A stretch of 64,000 nucleotides of DNA. Origin: Klebsormidium nitens (lineage: Eukaryota > Plantae > Klebsormidiophyceae). Under the pieces are notes generated by a model that worked only from the letters and a program-made list of their open reading frames with translations, was not told the origin of the DNA and searched no databases. Below, piece after piece: positions 36,376-48,350 of the stretch (positions within the stretch are counted from its first letter, which is position 1; every line of letters starts with the position of its first letter). Where the stretch lies: NCBI GenBank assembly GCA_000708835.1, contig DF237244.1:45412-109411 (forward strand), in the 5' to 3' direction. The position numbers and the translations under genes are program-made.

Positions 36376-37134
36376 AGCGGCCGCACTCGGCCGGCAGAAT
36401 TCTATGCAGCCTGTCAGCGGATCCAGAACTTGAAGCTTATTATCATCATGAAGATAGGTGCACTTCGCTGCCAACAGTCCCGCTCTACGGGGGAACAAGC
36501 CGCGGCGCTTCAGGAAGAAGTCGATCAGTATACCACCTTTCTAAAAGCGATCATTGACCACAGTGCGGCGCTGGCAGTTGCATCCACACGTAAGACATTG
36601 CGTTATGTTTCCATGTAATCGTAGTCCATTTTACGCCTGAGAGACCAACAAGCTGAGAGTGTCGGCTGGGGCGCCCAATCAGCTTTGTCATCTGGTTCAG
36701 GGTACGTTGGTTCAAGTTCTAGTCAATCTCCTTGACCTGTCGCCTTCTACTGGAGTTGATCACTCAAGTTGATCGGTGGAAGACCCCGGCTTTGGAACGG
36801 TTCTTGGCACTGCTGATCTCCCCTTAGGCAACTTCCATAAGCAGCTACTGCACCACGTCTGAATGCTCACACAGCTTGAATCTTTTTTGAACCATTTTTG
36901 GATGTATTCCCACAATAGCGTTATGTTGCTTCCACTTGAGCCCCAACAGCATTCTAAGCACCCAATTAATTGCAATCACTTCCTGCAGGAGGCTGCGATC
37001 CAGCCGTTGATGAAAGATTTTGGCGGGAGCATACGCAGCTGCTGCAGCACGTCCCTGAGGAAGATGCTGCCAGACTGCGTCACTGCGGGCTTGAAGCTGA
37101 GTGCGAAACTCACAGCAAACATCGCGCTCTGTAA
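36376..37134 (+). CDS. Unknown protein, tandem copy 1 (two coding exons; 5' end not located)
   Basis: Exons 36376-36589 and 36989-37134 join in phase 1: AEFYAACQRIQNLKLIIIMKIGALRCQ...AIIDHSAALAVASTR/GCDPAVDERFWREHTQLLQHVPEE. Confidence 0.55.
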
Positions 37135-37558
37135 CCGAGGCTACATTGGTCCTACTAATGCGCACCGATGATTGATGTACTGGCTTAGACTGGCGTCTAC
37201 ATTCGCTCGAAAGACGTTTGGTAAGGTCGAAATGTTTTTGAAGATTCTGGATGACAATCTGATGCCGTTTCTTGCTTTGAAGCACATGGATTAGGGAAGA
37301 GTCAGGACCAGAGAACAAACCTGCTGGAAAGAGAGAAGCACTATCTGAAAGTCGAATGTGATTCCTCGAATTCTGTCATGCGGGAGTGACTAAAAGGTTG
37401 GTCAGCTGCTACGCAGGCGAACGGGCGCATCGGATCGTTATGACATGGAACACCCCACTTCGGCGCCAGCTTACAAGCGAAGTATTCGGGGTTCTACGGC
37501 GGTGCAAGTACTGTGATATCCAAGAGTTTCGTTCATGTATCTCTAAATTCCCCTGCAG

Positions 37559-38225
37559 GACGGCAGCACTACGGCAGAGTTCACTGCAGCCTGCCAGCGG
37601 ATCCGAAACGTGAGAGATCTTATCATTATGAAGCTTGGTGCACTTGGCTGCCAGCGGTACCACTCAACGGGGAAAGAAGCCGCGGCCCTTGAGGAAGTCT
37701 ACGACCAGCACGTGGCCCTCCTAGAGGCGATCATGGAGCACAGTTCGGCGCTGACACTTGCGTTCAAAAGTAGGATCAAGATATCCGTCTATTTCTTTGT
37801 GATCCAAGAGGCCTGTACAACAACGAGGGGACCACTCAGCTTCCGTCAATAGATCATCGTTCACGGCTGGTTCGAACTTTGCTTTGCGTCTCTTGAAGCG
37901 TTTGGTTGCTTGAAGGACGCAGTCTCAGGATGGTTCCAGCACAAATGGTCTCCCCTTTCAAGCAAGTTCTACATCAGCCACTGCAGTATCGAAACTCCAT
38001 TCAGCGTGCTTCTCGATCTGCTGGCAAAGAACGTTCACGTTGGGTTAGATTTACTCGCTTCTACACCATCTAGGCCTTGAAGCCCTCTGTTGACCGCAAC
38101 TCTTTCCTGCAGGAGGCTGCAATCTCGGCGTCGATGCTGAATTCTGGCGGAAGCATGAGTATCTGCTCCAGCAACTTCCTGAAGAAATGCGGCCAGACTG
38201 GGCCCCACTGTACGGGCGAAGATAA
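37559..38225 (+). CDS. Unknown protein, tandem copy 2 (paralog of 36376-37134)
   Basis: Exons 37559-37769 and 38113-38225, same intron position and phase: AEFTAACQRIRNVRDLIIMKLGALGCQ...AIMEHSSALTLAFKR/GCNLGVDAEFWRKHEYLLQQLPEE. Confidence 0.55.
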
Positions 38226-40200
38226 TTGATGGAGGAGCTACTTTGCAGCATAAGATTAATCTGCTGTGACCAAGGCTAGACACTAGTTACTATGATTGCG
38301 CATTGCGATGACACAGTTACTTAGATCTGCTCGTAAGGCGTACAGAATTGTCGAAAGATACCTTCTTTCGTTTCGAGCTTCTGAATGCTTCTCAAATCAC
38401 TTTCATTATTGATTGCCTTACATAAGATGCCTTTCTTTGAGATTTGCGGCCGCCCCTGCAGCAACGTGACTGCCACAGCAAGGCTCGAGAGACTAGAGGA
38501 GACGGGTTTGGTGAAAATTGAACTCGAAGTATTCGTCTGTCAGGCCGAGAAAGTAATCCTAAGCTTAATTTTATATGGCTATAAGAAGTTATAGCTGAAA
38601 GACGGGCAAACGGACAAACGGGGTAAATTGGTAATCGGGTCGTCATGACGGAACGATGCCCCACTTCTTCGCCTCTCAAGCGAACGAACCTCTGAATGTC
38701 AACGGCTGCAGTTTCCTAGCAACCTTACGGCCATTCCGATCCAATTAATTGTGCTTGTTAGCTGCTCCCTAGCCGTTATACCTTCGATCTGCAAGATTCT
38801 CGTCGTTTCTCTGTTGACACTCTAAAACCCGTTTCCCAGTAAGTATCAAGATACTGTACATCTGCTCATTTGTACTCTTGACGTCGTGAAAACGTCACGT
38901 GATTTCGACAGGGGCATATTTGAGAATCATGAGGCATTGCCTTGTAAATGAGCCGAAGAAGCTTGACTGCAAGAATCAGGCTAATGACGTCACCGCAATC
39001 AAAACTAGAAAGTGCCATATGAATATGGTCGCCGAAGGGGCATGGCTATCGCGTCTCAAGTTAACAATCTGCCGTACTAGGGTCTGAGTTCCACATTCCA
39101 TGAGCATCATTTCACAAGATAGGTAGACTAACGAGCTGCTTGAATGGTGGCATGACTTACCTCCTGTTCAGAAGCTGCCAGGACTGTTTCGTGGTGCTGA
39201 GCATCATACTTTTATCTGGTCTGGGCTCTCGAGCTCCCGGCGCCGTCACTGCGCGCGCGCGCGGCCGCGGCCATAAGACAAGATTCGGCGCGAGGTTTGC
39301 GGCAGGTTTTAATGGTCGTCTATTAAGCCTGTGATCTCGAAATTGGACGTGCTGCTCATGTGCAAGCAGCAAGGCGCCGTGTTGGCTTCGTCATCAGCTT
39401 GATGAATTCTTTCAATTAAGCAGAATCAGATATGCGTAGCGCAGCCCCATTGGCATGTGGTCCTGCCCGTCTTTAGGTGCATCATTTTGTCGCTTTCGAG
39501 AACTACCACGCCAAGCCCGAGCACATCTGCCGCGCTTGCAGTATTTGAGGTGTGGCTCTATGAATCAGTTGGTGAATCATTGTGACCGCAATTAAGCAAA
39601 CGAGCACAACCCCTGTGAGGTGAATACTGAGAAAACTTGCGCGTAAGTGGTCTTGTTTCCCTCATTTTGTCAGCTGGTTGTTTTTCTTGCGCATTTTTCT
39701 GCTTGATTGGACACCAGCATTGGAAAAATGGTGATCACCAAGCCGTATGCTTCATGATTAGTGTGCTTCTTTGTATTTAAAGCTCAAGAAAGCTTAAAAA
39801 CACTGCATTCCTAGTCTTCCAGCGAGTTTTAGTATCAATCAAATTGTGGAGGTGGCATCTTCGCCACCTATCAGAAGATCTATGTTTGCACACACATTTA
39901 GTTGCATAGCTCAAAAGCAGGGAGAATAGCAACAAGCATATCGGTTTCCTTACATTGCTCTATGTAGGGAGTCAAGCTCTGGAGATTAGAACCTGTAACG
40001 AGCCTTGTATTGTCATTCCTGGAACCTGGAAGCTACTCCTTTTGTGAAGTTGTACTCTAAGCTCTGTGTTTGTCATCATCGGAAGTGTCTCCTGGAAATA
40101 GTCAAGGAGTAGGCCTGAAAGGAACCTGCTGTTTGCAGGCTGCCGGGCGCATGACAGCTGTCTCTTTTTTGGTGGAAGCGGGTCTCCACAACACCAGACC

Positions 40201-43200
40201 ATGGAGGATACGGACTGGGCCGGCGAGGAGCCTGTTCAAGATGTACCTGATGACACCCCTCCTTCAGACACTGCAACCAGGTTCCAGGACTACGAGAGCC
40301 ACAGCCCGACCCCTCAAACCCTCAGAAGCCCCCCAACTCCTCAGACCCCTGAAGCCCGAACCCCAGGTTCTGCAAGCCCCCTTGGCACTTTGAATCATTC
40401 TCCTGGGCCCCCGACTCCCCACTCTCCCCCCGGTGGACGTCAACTGGCAAAAGGGGGGGTGGACGATGAAGGCCTGCTTTCAGGGGTATGCCCAATCTGC
40501 CTTCAGCCGGTGGACGGGGAAGCATACCTGGACCCCTGTTTCCACCGCTTCTGCTTCAGCTGCATCCTGCAGTGGTCCGAAATGGGCGTCCGAAGCGGCG
40601 TCCCCCCCTTCTGTCCGGTCTGCAAGGGCCCCTTCTTCACGATCATCCATGACTTCCGAGGGACGCAGTTCAAGCGGTACGAGGTTCTGGGGGGAACGAG
40701 CAGCGTCCGGTTCCAGCTGTCCGAGAAGCACGTGCTCCGACGTGCGGTGTACGAAAAGGGGGCGGAAGCGTCCGCACAGTATAGGGCTTCTGGGGGGAAA
40801 GCATTCGCCGGGGGTAAGAGAGGAGGAACGAGCAGGCGCTGGTTAAGATGCTGGGTTAGGAGAGAGTTACAGGCGTTGTTGGAAGAAGAGGACGTCGAAA
40901 TGGTGGCGCTTCACATTGTGGGGAGCGTCGAGTTGCTCGCGGAGCAACGGAGGCAGCGGCAGAAGTTTGGGAAGAACGCGAGACCACTGCTTGGGGGGGG
41001 CAGCGACAGCGAGGGGGGGTGCGAGGGGCTCGTGCGAAGGGTGTGCCGACCGCCCCCCCGGAAGGAGAAGAAGCTGGTGTTTGGGAAGACGAGCCTGGTG
41101 CTCTCGAAAGCGGGGCTGGCGCGGCGCAAGGCGCGGAAGGGAATCAACGGGGCGGTGCGCGTAGCGCCGCTCCCTGAGAAGAAGACGAAGAAGCGGGGCA
41201 GTGTGACTTCGGAGAGTGGGAGAAGTGGACACCGAGTAGAGAAAGAGTCTGGGAGTGCGGAGAAAGAGGGCAAGCGAAAGCAGGAGTTGGCGGCGGAGAA
41301 AGTAATGAGGTGGCTGGAGAACGGACAGGGACACCCAGGAGAGGGGTTGGGGCAAGATACTGACCGGGCGGGTTTGGCAGACTCGGGCCAAGGGAGTGCG
41401 GAGCACCCCCCTGGAGTGGGTAGCGATGGGGCGCAGGGTGTTTCGGATGCTGGAGACGCCAGCGGGGCAGAGGCAGTAGGAGCGACTGAAGAGTTGGGAG
41501 GAAAGGCCCCGAATGTGTCCGAAGGGGTGACAACAATGTCGGTGCAGGGGCGGAAAGATGAGGCAGAGGGCATTGCGGGGCAAAAAGCAGGTGACGGTGG
41601 GGGGGTGGGAGGAAACGTGAACGGTGAAGGACTTGGAGGAGGTGGTCAAATCAGGGAGGTCGAAGGGACCGCAGCCGGGGGCGGAACGCAGCTCAAAACG
41701 GAAGGGACCGGTAGCGAAGAAGAGGTTTCAAAAGAGAGGCCTGGGGGAACCGTGGAGGTGTTGACACCAGCAGAGGAGAGCCCACCGGCAGGCGGTGTGA
41801 ATGAGGAGACTCTGCAACCGGAAGCCGTTTCAGCCGAGGATGAGGAGTGGCTCCGAGTCGTTGCGGCCGCAGCCCGCCCGTTCATCTTCGAAAACGCGCA
41901 CATGTTCGCTACGGAGTTGCTGGCGTTTCTTAGCTCGGGGCTGGACATCGCGAGCTACGACGTGGCCACTCTCCCGGCGCCACCTGGCGCAAGCCTAGTG
42001 GCCGCTGAAAGCGGGTCGGATCTGCGGCAGGGGGGTGACGACGAACTGGGAGGCTTTGCGCAGAGAGCGGGTCACGATGAGAGACCGTCGGAAGACATTG
42101 CGTCTCTCAAGCGAGCAATCGAGGAAGAGAACGAGGGGGATTATTATGTGGAAGGGGGATTGCGAGCGGAAAGACAGCGGAAGAAAAAGAAACGGGTCGA
42201 GTACGGGTCTCTCTGGACGGCGGCAAAAGAGGATCTAGATGCGTTGCCGAGGGCCGATGAGGGGGGTGTTTTGGGTGCGGAACTGCCCCCCCAGAGAAAG
42301 GAAAAGCGGCGGAAGAAGAGGCGGGAGGAGGAGGGGGGAGAGGAAGGGCGGCCGAAGAAGCAGAGGCACAGCGACAAGGTAATCTGACCGCCTTTGACGT
42401 CTCTAGATTACTTCTGAACGTCCAGATGCTTGCTGAAGTTTTCAGGAACGCTTCCTGCTTAGGAAACGCAGAGCGGCTCTTTTGAGTAGAATCGCACTGT
42501 CGAAGCCGACTTGTTAAGGGAGAAGACAGCCGATTGCTCCCGGTTGCATACAGGAGGCACCGAAGTCTCGTCGAGCTGTCTAAAAGAGTGCTGTCCTGGA
42601 CCGTTGTCATTATAGATCGCTTTATCTGTCCCGTGGATCTTGGTGCCATATAAAATGAAAGCAATTTCATGAGTACGCTGATTCTTCCGAAGTAACTACC
42701 ACCTACGTCTCTGGTAGCTTTGCCCCAAACTGCATACCTTTGTAACATCCTGACTGTACCAATCAGCATTAGTTGAAAGGCGTTTTGAGAGACTGCGGGT
42801 CATTCGAAAAAGCAGACCTGGGTAGGAGCGCAGGTTGTCAAGCACCCGGGTAAACCGGGATGCTGATCCGATGTGTTGTTGGGATGAACGGGTCGAGTGA
42901 GAGCCAGTCAAACGCCATTAGTTTCAGCTTCAAGAAATGGAAGGCCATATTGCTTCAAGTCCGATGGTTCGCTTGGTGAAACCCATTAAGCTTAAACACT
43001 GCTTCTTCTGAGTTGGCGGTCCGCGGCCGTTCACGACCAAACGAACAAAGTCGCAACTTGGGCTTAACCAAACGAACGCTTCATCTATGCAGGCAGAAGA
43101 CGACAGCGACTTCGAGCGGCGGCAGCACCGCAAGCGGCGGCGGCGGCGCGACCGGCACAGGCGGCACCGCGCGGAGCGCTCCGACTCGGTCGACAAGAGC

Positions 43201-46200
43201 GACTCGAGCCTCGAGAAAGCGGTGCACGCGTACCGGAAAAAGCTGCGTCAGCGGAAGAAGGACGGGCGGCGGATGAGCGACGGCCTGCCGCTGTCGAGCA
43301 CGGACGACGAGGCGGAGGGCTGGGCGGATTGGCGGCGGCGGATGAAGAAGCTGTACCGCTTCTGCAAGACGGAGGTGGAAGAAGAGAGCGAGGAAAGTGA
43401 ATGGGGCGAGGGGGGGGTCAAGAGCCCACCGGCCATCCGGGGTGGGGGGCTTTCTGAGGGGAAGGGAAGGGGGGGGGGATGCGGGAGTGGGCGGCGAGAG
43501 AGGGGGGTTTCAGAGAGGGAGGTTTTGGAGCAGGGGCGAGGAGCAAGGAGAAGAGACGATGGAACGCGGAGTGTGGATGCAGAGTGGTTCGGGGAGTCGC
43601 AGAGAGAGAAGAGGAGAGAGAAAGGGACGGACCCGAGTTTGGATGAAAGATATGAAGCGAGAAGCAAGCAGATGGGTGTACCAGATGACCGTCGGGGCGG
43701 GGTGGCGACAGGGTCGGACAGTTATGGCAGGCGCGGGCCTGGTGACGTGGCGGCAGCGGAGAGCCGTCCCGGGAGGGGTCGCTTCGGTGACGTCAGCGAG
43801 CGTGGCGATGACGTCAGCACGGCGGCTGGAGCGGGCGGTCTGCCACGGCGGGGGGGTTTGAAGCGCTCCTGGGGGGAACAGGACGAGGGGAGGGGGGCGG
43901 CGCAAGACGGGTCCGGCAAGAAGCAGGCCCGCGTGCGATGGGAAGACGAGGAGTCTCTGGAGTGCCGTCGCCCCGAGACTGTTTTGCAGAAGGTGACGGC
44001 CAACGCATCTGCAAAGGGTTCCGGCGTTCGAGAGAGCGAACGCTGGAACGGTGGAGAGCGGAATGACGGGTACTGGGAGCGTTTTGTGAGGGTTGAGGAG
44101 GGCAGGGAAGAGGTGAGGGGAGGGGAGACGAGGCCGACTTTGGCGGAGCCGCGGCGAGGATCAGCCGAAGGTGCGGGGGCGCGGAGAGTGGTGCAAAGTT
44201 TGAGCGACCTGGAGAGGGGACGCAAAGGGGGCGAGGAAGGCAGCCATTATGAGGGCATCGCGGGGCAGGTACGATCACTTCGAGGGAGAGTTACAGTGCG
44301 GATTGCAGGGTTTGCTTGTATTCAACGGGTCTCAAAGGATATTCTGAGGCTGCTCTTCTTAAACCACGCTCCACTCCTTTGACTTTAGCAATTGAAAGTG
44401 TTGTTCGACACCAATCTGCAAGCTGGTCCAGAAGCTGGTTAAGCTTATGAGGTCAACTCGGTCCCAAAGTTTGGATCCAGAATGAATGTAGAGACTATTC
44501 TACCTGAGAAGCGTGACCTGTGGGCTGATCCTTCTCCAAGATTTACGTCTGTCTATCATCTTATCAGAACGACGCCGTACTCCCTTGGCATCGAATTCAG
44601 GCGTCGGGGAATTGCTTCTCTTCAGGGGGCAATTGACCGAGACCCCACGAGACCCCCACGGCATGGGTACCTGGCTTTGATAGTTGCCTTCGCCCCACTA
44701 ACTTCGCTTTCCTCCCATTCATGGCGCAAGCGACGGAGACGTCGCCACCTCCTCGGAACGCAAACTGGGCAACGAGGAACTGCCTTTGTAACACTAACCC
44801 GACTTCTTCTTTCCAGGACGCAAACAACGGGGCCGCCGCCACCCCCTTAGAACGGGAGCTGGGCATCGAGGAGCTGCAGGCAGAGCTCCAGGAGGTGGAG
44901 CTGCGGAAGCGCGCACTAGCCAGCCTCTCGCACTTCCTCAAAGCCAGAACCAAGGTGGGCACCGCGCCGAACTCCCCAGCCAGGGGGGCCATTTCAACCG
45001 GACTTTCTCAGCGGGGGGGCGCAGGAGCGGATGCAGTACAGGGGGGGCGTGCCGAGGCTAGTGGGCACCTTGGGGGGGGCGTGCGGGGACGGACGAAAGT
45101 TGCCGGGGGGGCAAAAGATGTTGGGTTGGGGCGGGGGGGTGCTCTCGCTGGGAGCGGTGTGCAGTCGGTGGGGGGAGGAGTTGGGCGGGCAAAAGTTGCG
45201 GGGGGTCTAAAGGTGGGGGTGACGAGGAAAGTCACAGCGCCAGGGTCGGTAGCTGGAGCAGTGATAGGACTGGGGAGGTGCACAAATGCGAAGGGTGCGC
45301 CTATGAGAAAGGTTGTGGGGACGGGCGTGTTGCAGCGGCCTTCGGTGAAAGCTGCGCAAGCTGCGGCAGCAAACTCGCCGAGCGGGCCTCGTTTGGCGGC
45401 ACCACGAATTGCGCAGCAGCTGTTGGCCAAGGGGGACGGGAGTCCCATGCGAAAAACAGGGCCCTCGGTCAAGAAAACGCCGGCGACAGGGGGAATCCTA
45501 AAGCAAGGGGAGGGGCTTCGGAGGCGGATCTTCCTCGCTCCTCAGGGGGTAGGTGTTGCGAACAGGGGAGGCGGAGTGCAGCCTTCGGGCCAAAAATGCG
45601 TTGTCGTTAGGACTGCAAAGGGTTCGGCGGCAGTAAAATCCAGCGGACCGGTTCTAGTCAAGCGACCGCTCGTGCAACCGGAACCAACAATTGGCGGGCA
45701 GCAGAAGCTGCCACCTGGCGGGCAGCAGAAGTTGCCACCTGGCAGACCTCAGAAGTCGGCACTGCCAGTCGAAAGGGGAAGCCAAGGGCCGCCAATCCGC
45801 CCGGTTGTAAGCACGCCGGGAAGTTCTTCTGTGAGACGGACGGTTCTCGCAAAAGGTGCCGTCACAGGGAGCGGAAAGCGAAAGGCTCCGCCCGAGGCCG
45901 GTGAAGGGATACCGGGCCAGGTCGGTGCAAACGTACCAGGACAGCCTGTCCAAAAAAGCGCCCCTGTCGGCAACCGGTTGGTTGCCCCGAGCTCGAAAAC
46001 GCAAACGGTGGTTCCTGCCGGGTCCGGCAGAAACTTGCAAGGGCCGGCGCCTTCACCAGCCCGGTTGAACCCCCCGGGCACCAAAAGTGGGCCAACTGCG
46101 GCGACGACAAGGTCGGTACAAGCTAAACAGCTCCCAGACTTCCCTAGAAAAGCGGCCCAGTCATTTGTGCCTGATGTGAACAGCCGCCCGAAGGTGACGC

Positions 46201-47009
46201 CGCCCACTCTCGTCAAGCCACGTGTCGTCCAGGCCCCCATGACGTCACCAACCAACCGTAGCCCGCCAGGTGTCCCAGCAAAGCTGCAAGGGGTGCGGCC
46301 GCAGGCGAATCCCGATGCGGGGCTGAAACCGACGGACGACCGAAAGCGTCCGATTGTTGCGCCTGGTGCGAACGCCCAGAAACGGACGGTGACGATTGCA
46401 GGTGCGGCGACTGCGCCGAAGATACTGGTTTCCTCATCAGCGGCGCGGAGCGTACCGGCAAAGCCCGGCGTTGTGGCAAACGCTCCCCTGAGAGCCCCGG
46501 CAATTTCCGCCCGCAACCCCTTAGCCGCTCCACCTCGGAGTTTTGCACCGAGCCCCCCTTCCGGATATCCCGGGCAGTCGTACGGACTGAGTCGCCCCGG
46601 GAGCAACAAGTGGCAGCGGAGCCCCGGGGCGGCCCAGCCCATGCAGTCCCCCGTGACAGTGCCCCGGAGCAAGAATCTGCAGTGGGTGCGGAAAGACGCA
46701 CAGCCGGGTACAGCGGTTGCAACGAAACCCGGGCTTGTTTCGAAGGCGAGCACTACTCCAAATCCTCCCCCCGGGAATAAGCTGCCGAGTTCCGCGACGG
46801 GGGGCGTTAGGAGGCCGGGGGTCGCATCCGGGGTTGCGAAAGTCGGACGGAGCATGGGGAAAGGAGAAGCGGGACGGAGGCAGGATGGTGATGTCCGGGG
46901 GCCCGTGTCGCTCGTGGGAAATTGCGTCGACAAAAAGATCATATTGGTTGAATCGAAGAGAAGCGAAGAGGCGAAAGACTGTACAGCAGGCACGGAAATC
47001 AAGCGTTAG
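40201..47009 (+). CDS. TOPORS-like C3HC4 RING E3 ligase with Arg/Ser-rich and long disordered C-terminal regions (~1,850 aa if three ORFs are spliced)
   Basis: RING CPICLQ...PCFHRFCFSCILQW...CPVCK, plus TOPORS-like segments WVRRELQALL and FIFENAHMFATELLAFLSSGLDIASYD. Phase-0 junctions AAG|GTAATC (42378) to CAG|GCA (43093), and CAG|GTACGA (44268) to CAG|GAC (44817, branch-like CACTAAC upstream), link the three ORFs. RING identity is secure; the three-exon fusion is a model. Confidence 0.8.
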
Positions 47010-47647
47010 AATCTGAAGGATTAACCCCAGGTGTTCAGTAAGTTGCTGCAATCGCATGAATGCTGGCGCGCACAACATTGAGTGGCAACATGCTCAGCAG
47101 GACTGGAGAAGACCGACATTCCAAGGCCTGCAACCACAGCTTCGCAAGCAACTTCGACTATTGTGCCGTAATGCTTGATACCCATGTTAACGGCCTAGTG
47201 CATGGTTGCCTTTAAAGCTACATTAAGGAATCCAGTTGATTTAACCGACGAGCATGTACAGCCGCCTAGGGACTCCCGCGTGAATGCATGCAACTCTTTA
47301 ACGGGCTCGAGGCTGGCGAAATGCGCAAGGGGCGCACATGTCGAGTCGGGCGCGTATCGGACCGTCTCATCATGGAAATCCCGCTAGCTTTGGGTGCACA
47401 CATGTGCTGTGCAAATTTTAAGTTTTGCGAAGTTTTGTGGTAGTCAAGACTATGTATATGTCACACATGGTGTATCGAAATCGAAATCGAATAATCATAT
47501 AGACTGACATGTATATATGTAACGCATGTAACGCTTTCGACAAATTGCATCGAAGCTGTCTCGCGATGGTTCACGACAGGCAAGAACATAGGAAATCGAC
47601 ACGTGTCCACGACATCCCTTTTAGGAGTTGAGTCCCGAAAGACTGAC

Positions 47648-47727
47648 GTTCCTGCCAGGACTCGAACCCTGGACCTCGAGGCTCGAGCCGTCCGACCAAA
47701 CTCTTTGCCCACTGGGCTAAAAAGAGC
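47648..47727 (-). mobile_element. tRNA-derived element (SINE head or tRNA pseudogene)
   Basis: Minus strand has A-box TAGCCCAGTGGG, B-box GGTTCGAGTCC and a perfect T-arm CCAGG-TTCGAGT-CCTGG. The acceptor stem pairs poorly and there is no canonical anticodon arm. Confidence 0.6.
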
Positions 47728-47737
47728 ACGTACGTTT

Positions 47738-47906
47738 NNNNNNNNNNNNNNNNNNNNNNNNNNNNNNNNNNNNNNNNNNNNNNNNNNNNNNNNNNNNNNN
47801 NNNNNNNNNNNNNNNNNNNNNNNNNNNNNNNNNNNNNNNNNNNNNNNNNNNNNNNNNNNNNNNNNNNNNNNNNNNNNNNNNNNNNNNNNNNNNNNNNNNN
47901 NNNNNN
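47738..47906. other. Assembly gap (169 N)
   Basis: Run of N characters. Confidence 1.
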
Positions 47907-48350
47907 ACACTTCCGTTTTTTTTCGATCCGTCGCTTTCAAACCCCACTGAGTTCTGCATCAACGCAACTGAGCCGTATATGTCGATTCTGCACCGTTTAT
48001 ATCACTCAGTGGTAATTGCGATTATATTAGCACGGTAACAATGGATTCAAATTTGGGACGCGCATGCAACGCCGATCAGATCATTGGATGTGGACGCTCA
48101 TTGTAAGTTCAAGTGCTTCGGGCAATATCAGAAGAGAGGTGGTCTCAAGTAGTTTGCATGCCTTGGTAGACTCAGCACCACGACGGTCGTTCTCTGCGAA
48201 CATTATCTAGTTAGAGGCAATTCTTGCGCAGACTGTTGTCCACCAACACTTTGTCCGTTCCCGTACAGTCAGACCACCTACGTGCTGGCATGCTTGTTCA
48301 GATGACTCCAACACTAACGCCTCAACTCCCCGCTTCGACTTCGAAAAAGC

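Noticed and set aside
40867-47002. Many long minus-strand ORFs (e.g. 40867-41649, 45749-47002)
   Set aside because: Expected stop-poor antisense frames of GC-rich low-complexity exons of the RING gene.
47648-47727. Functional tRNA gene
   Set aside because: Acceptor stem mismatched and no canonical anticodon arm; kept only as a tRNA-derived element.
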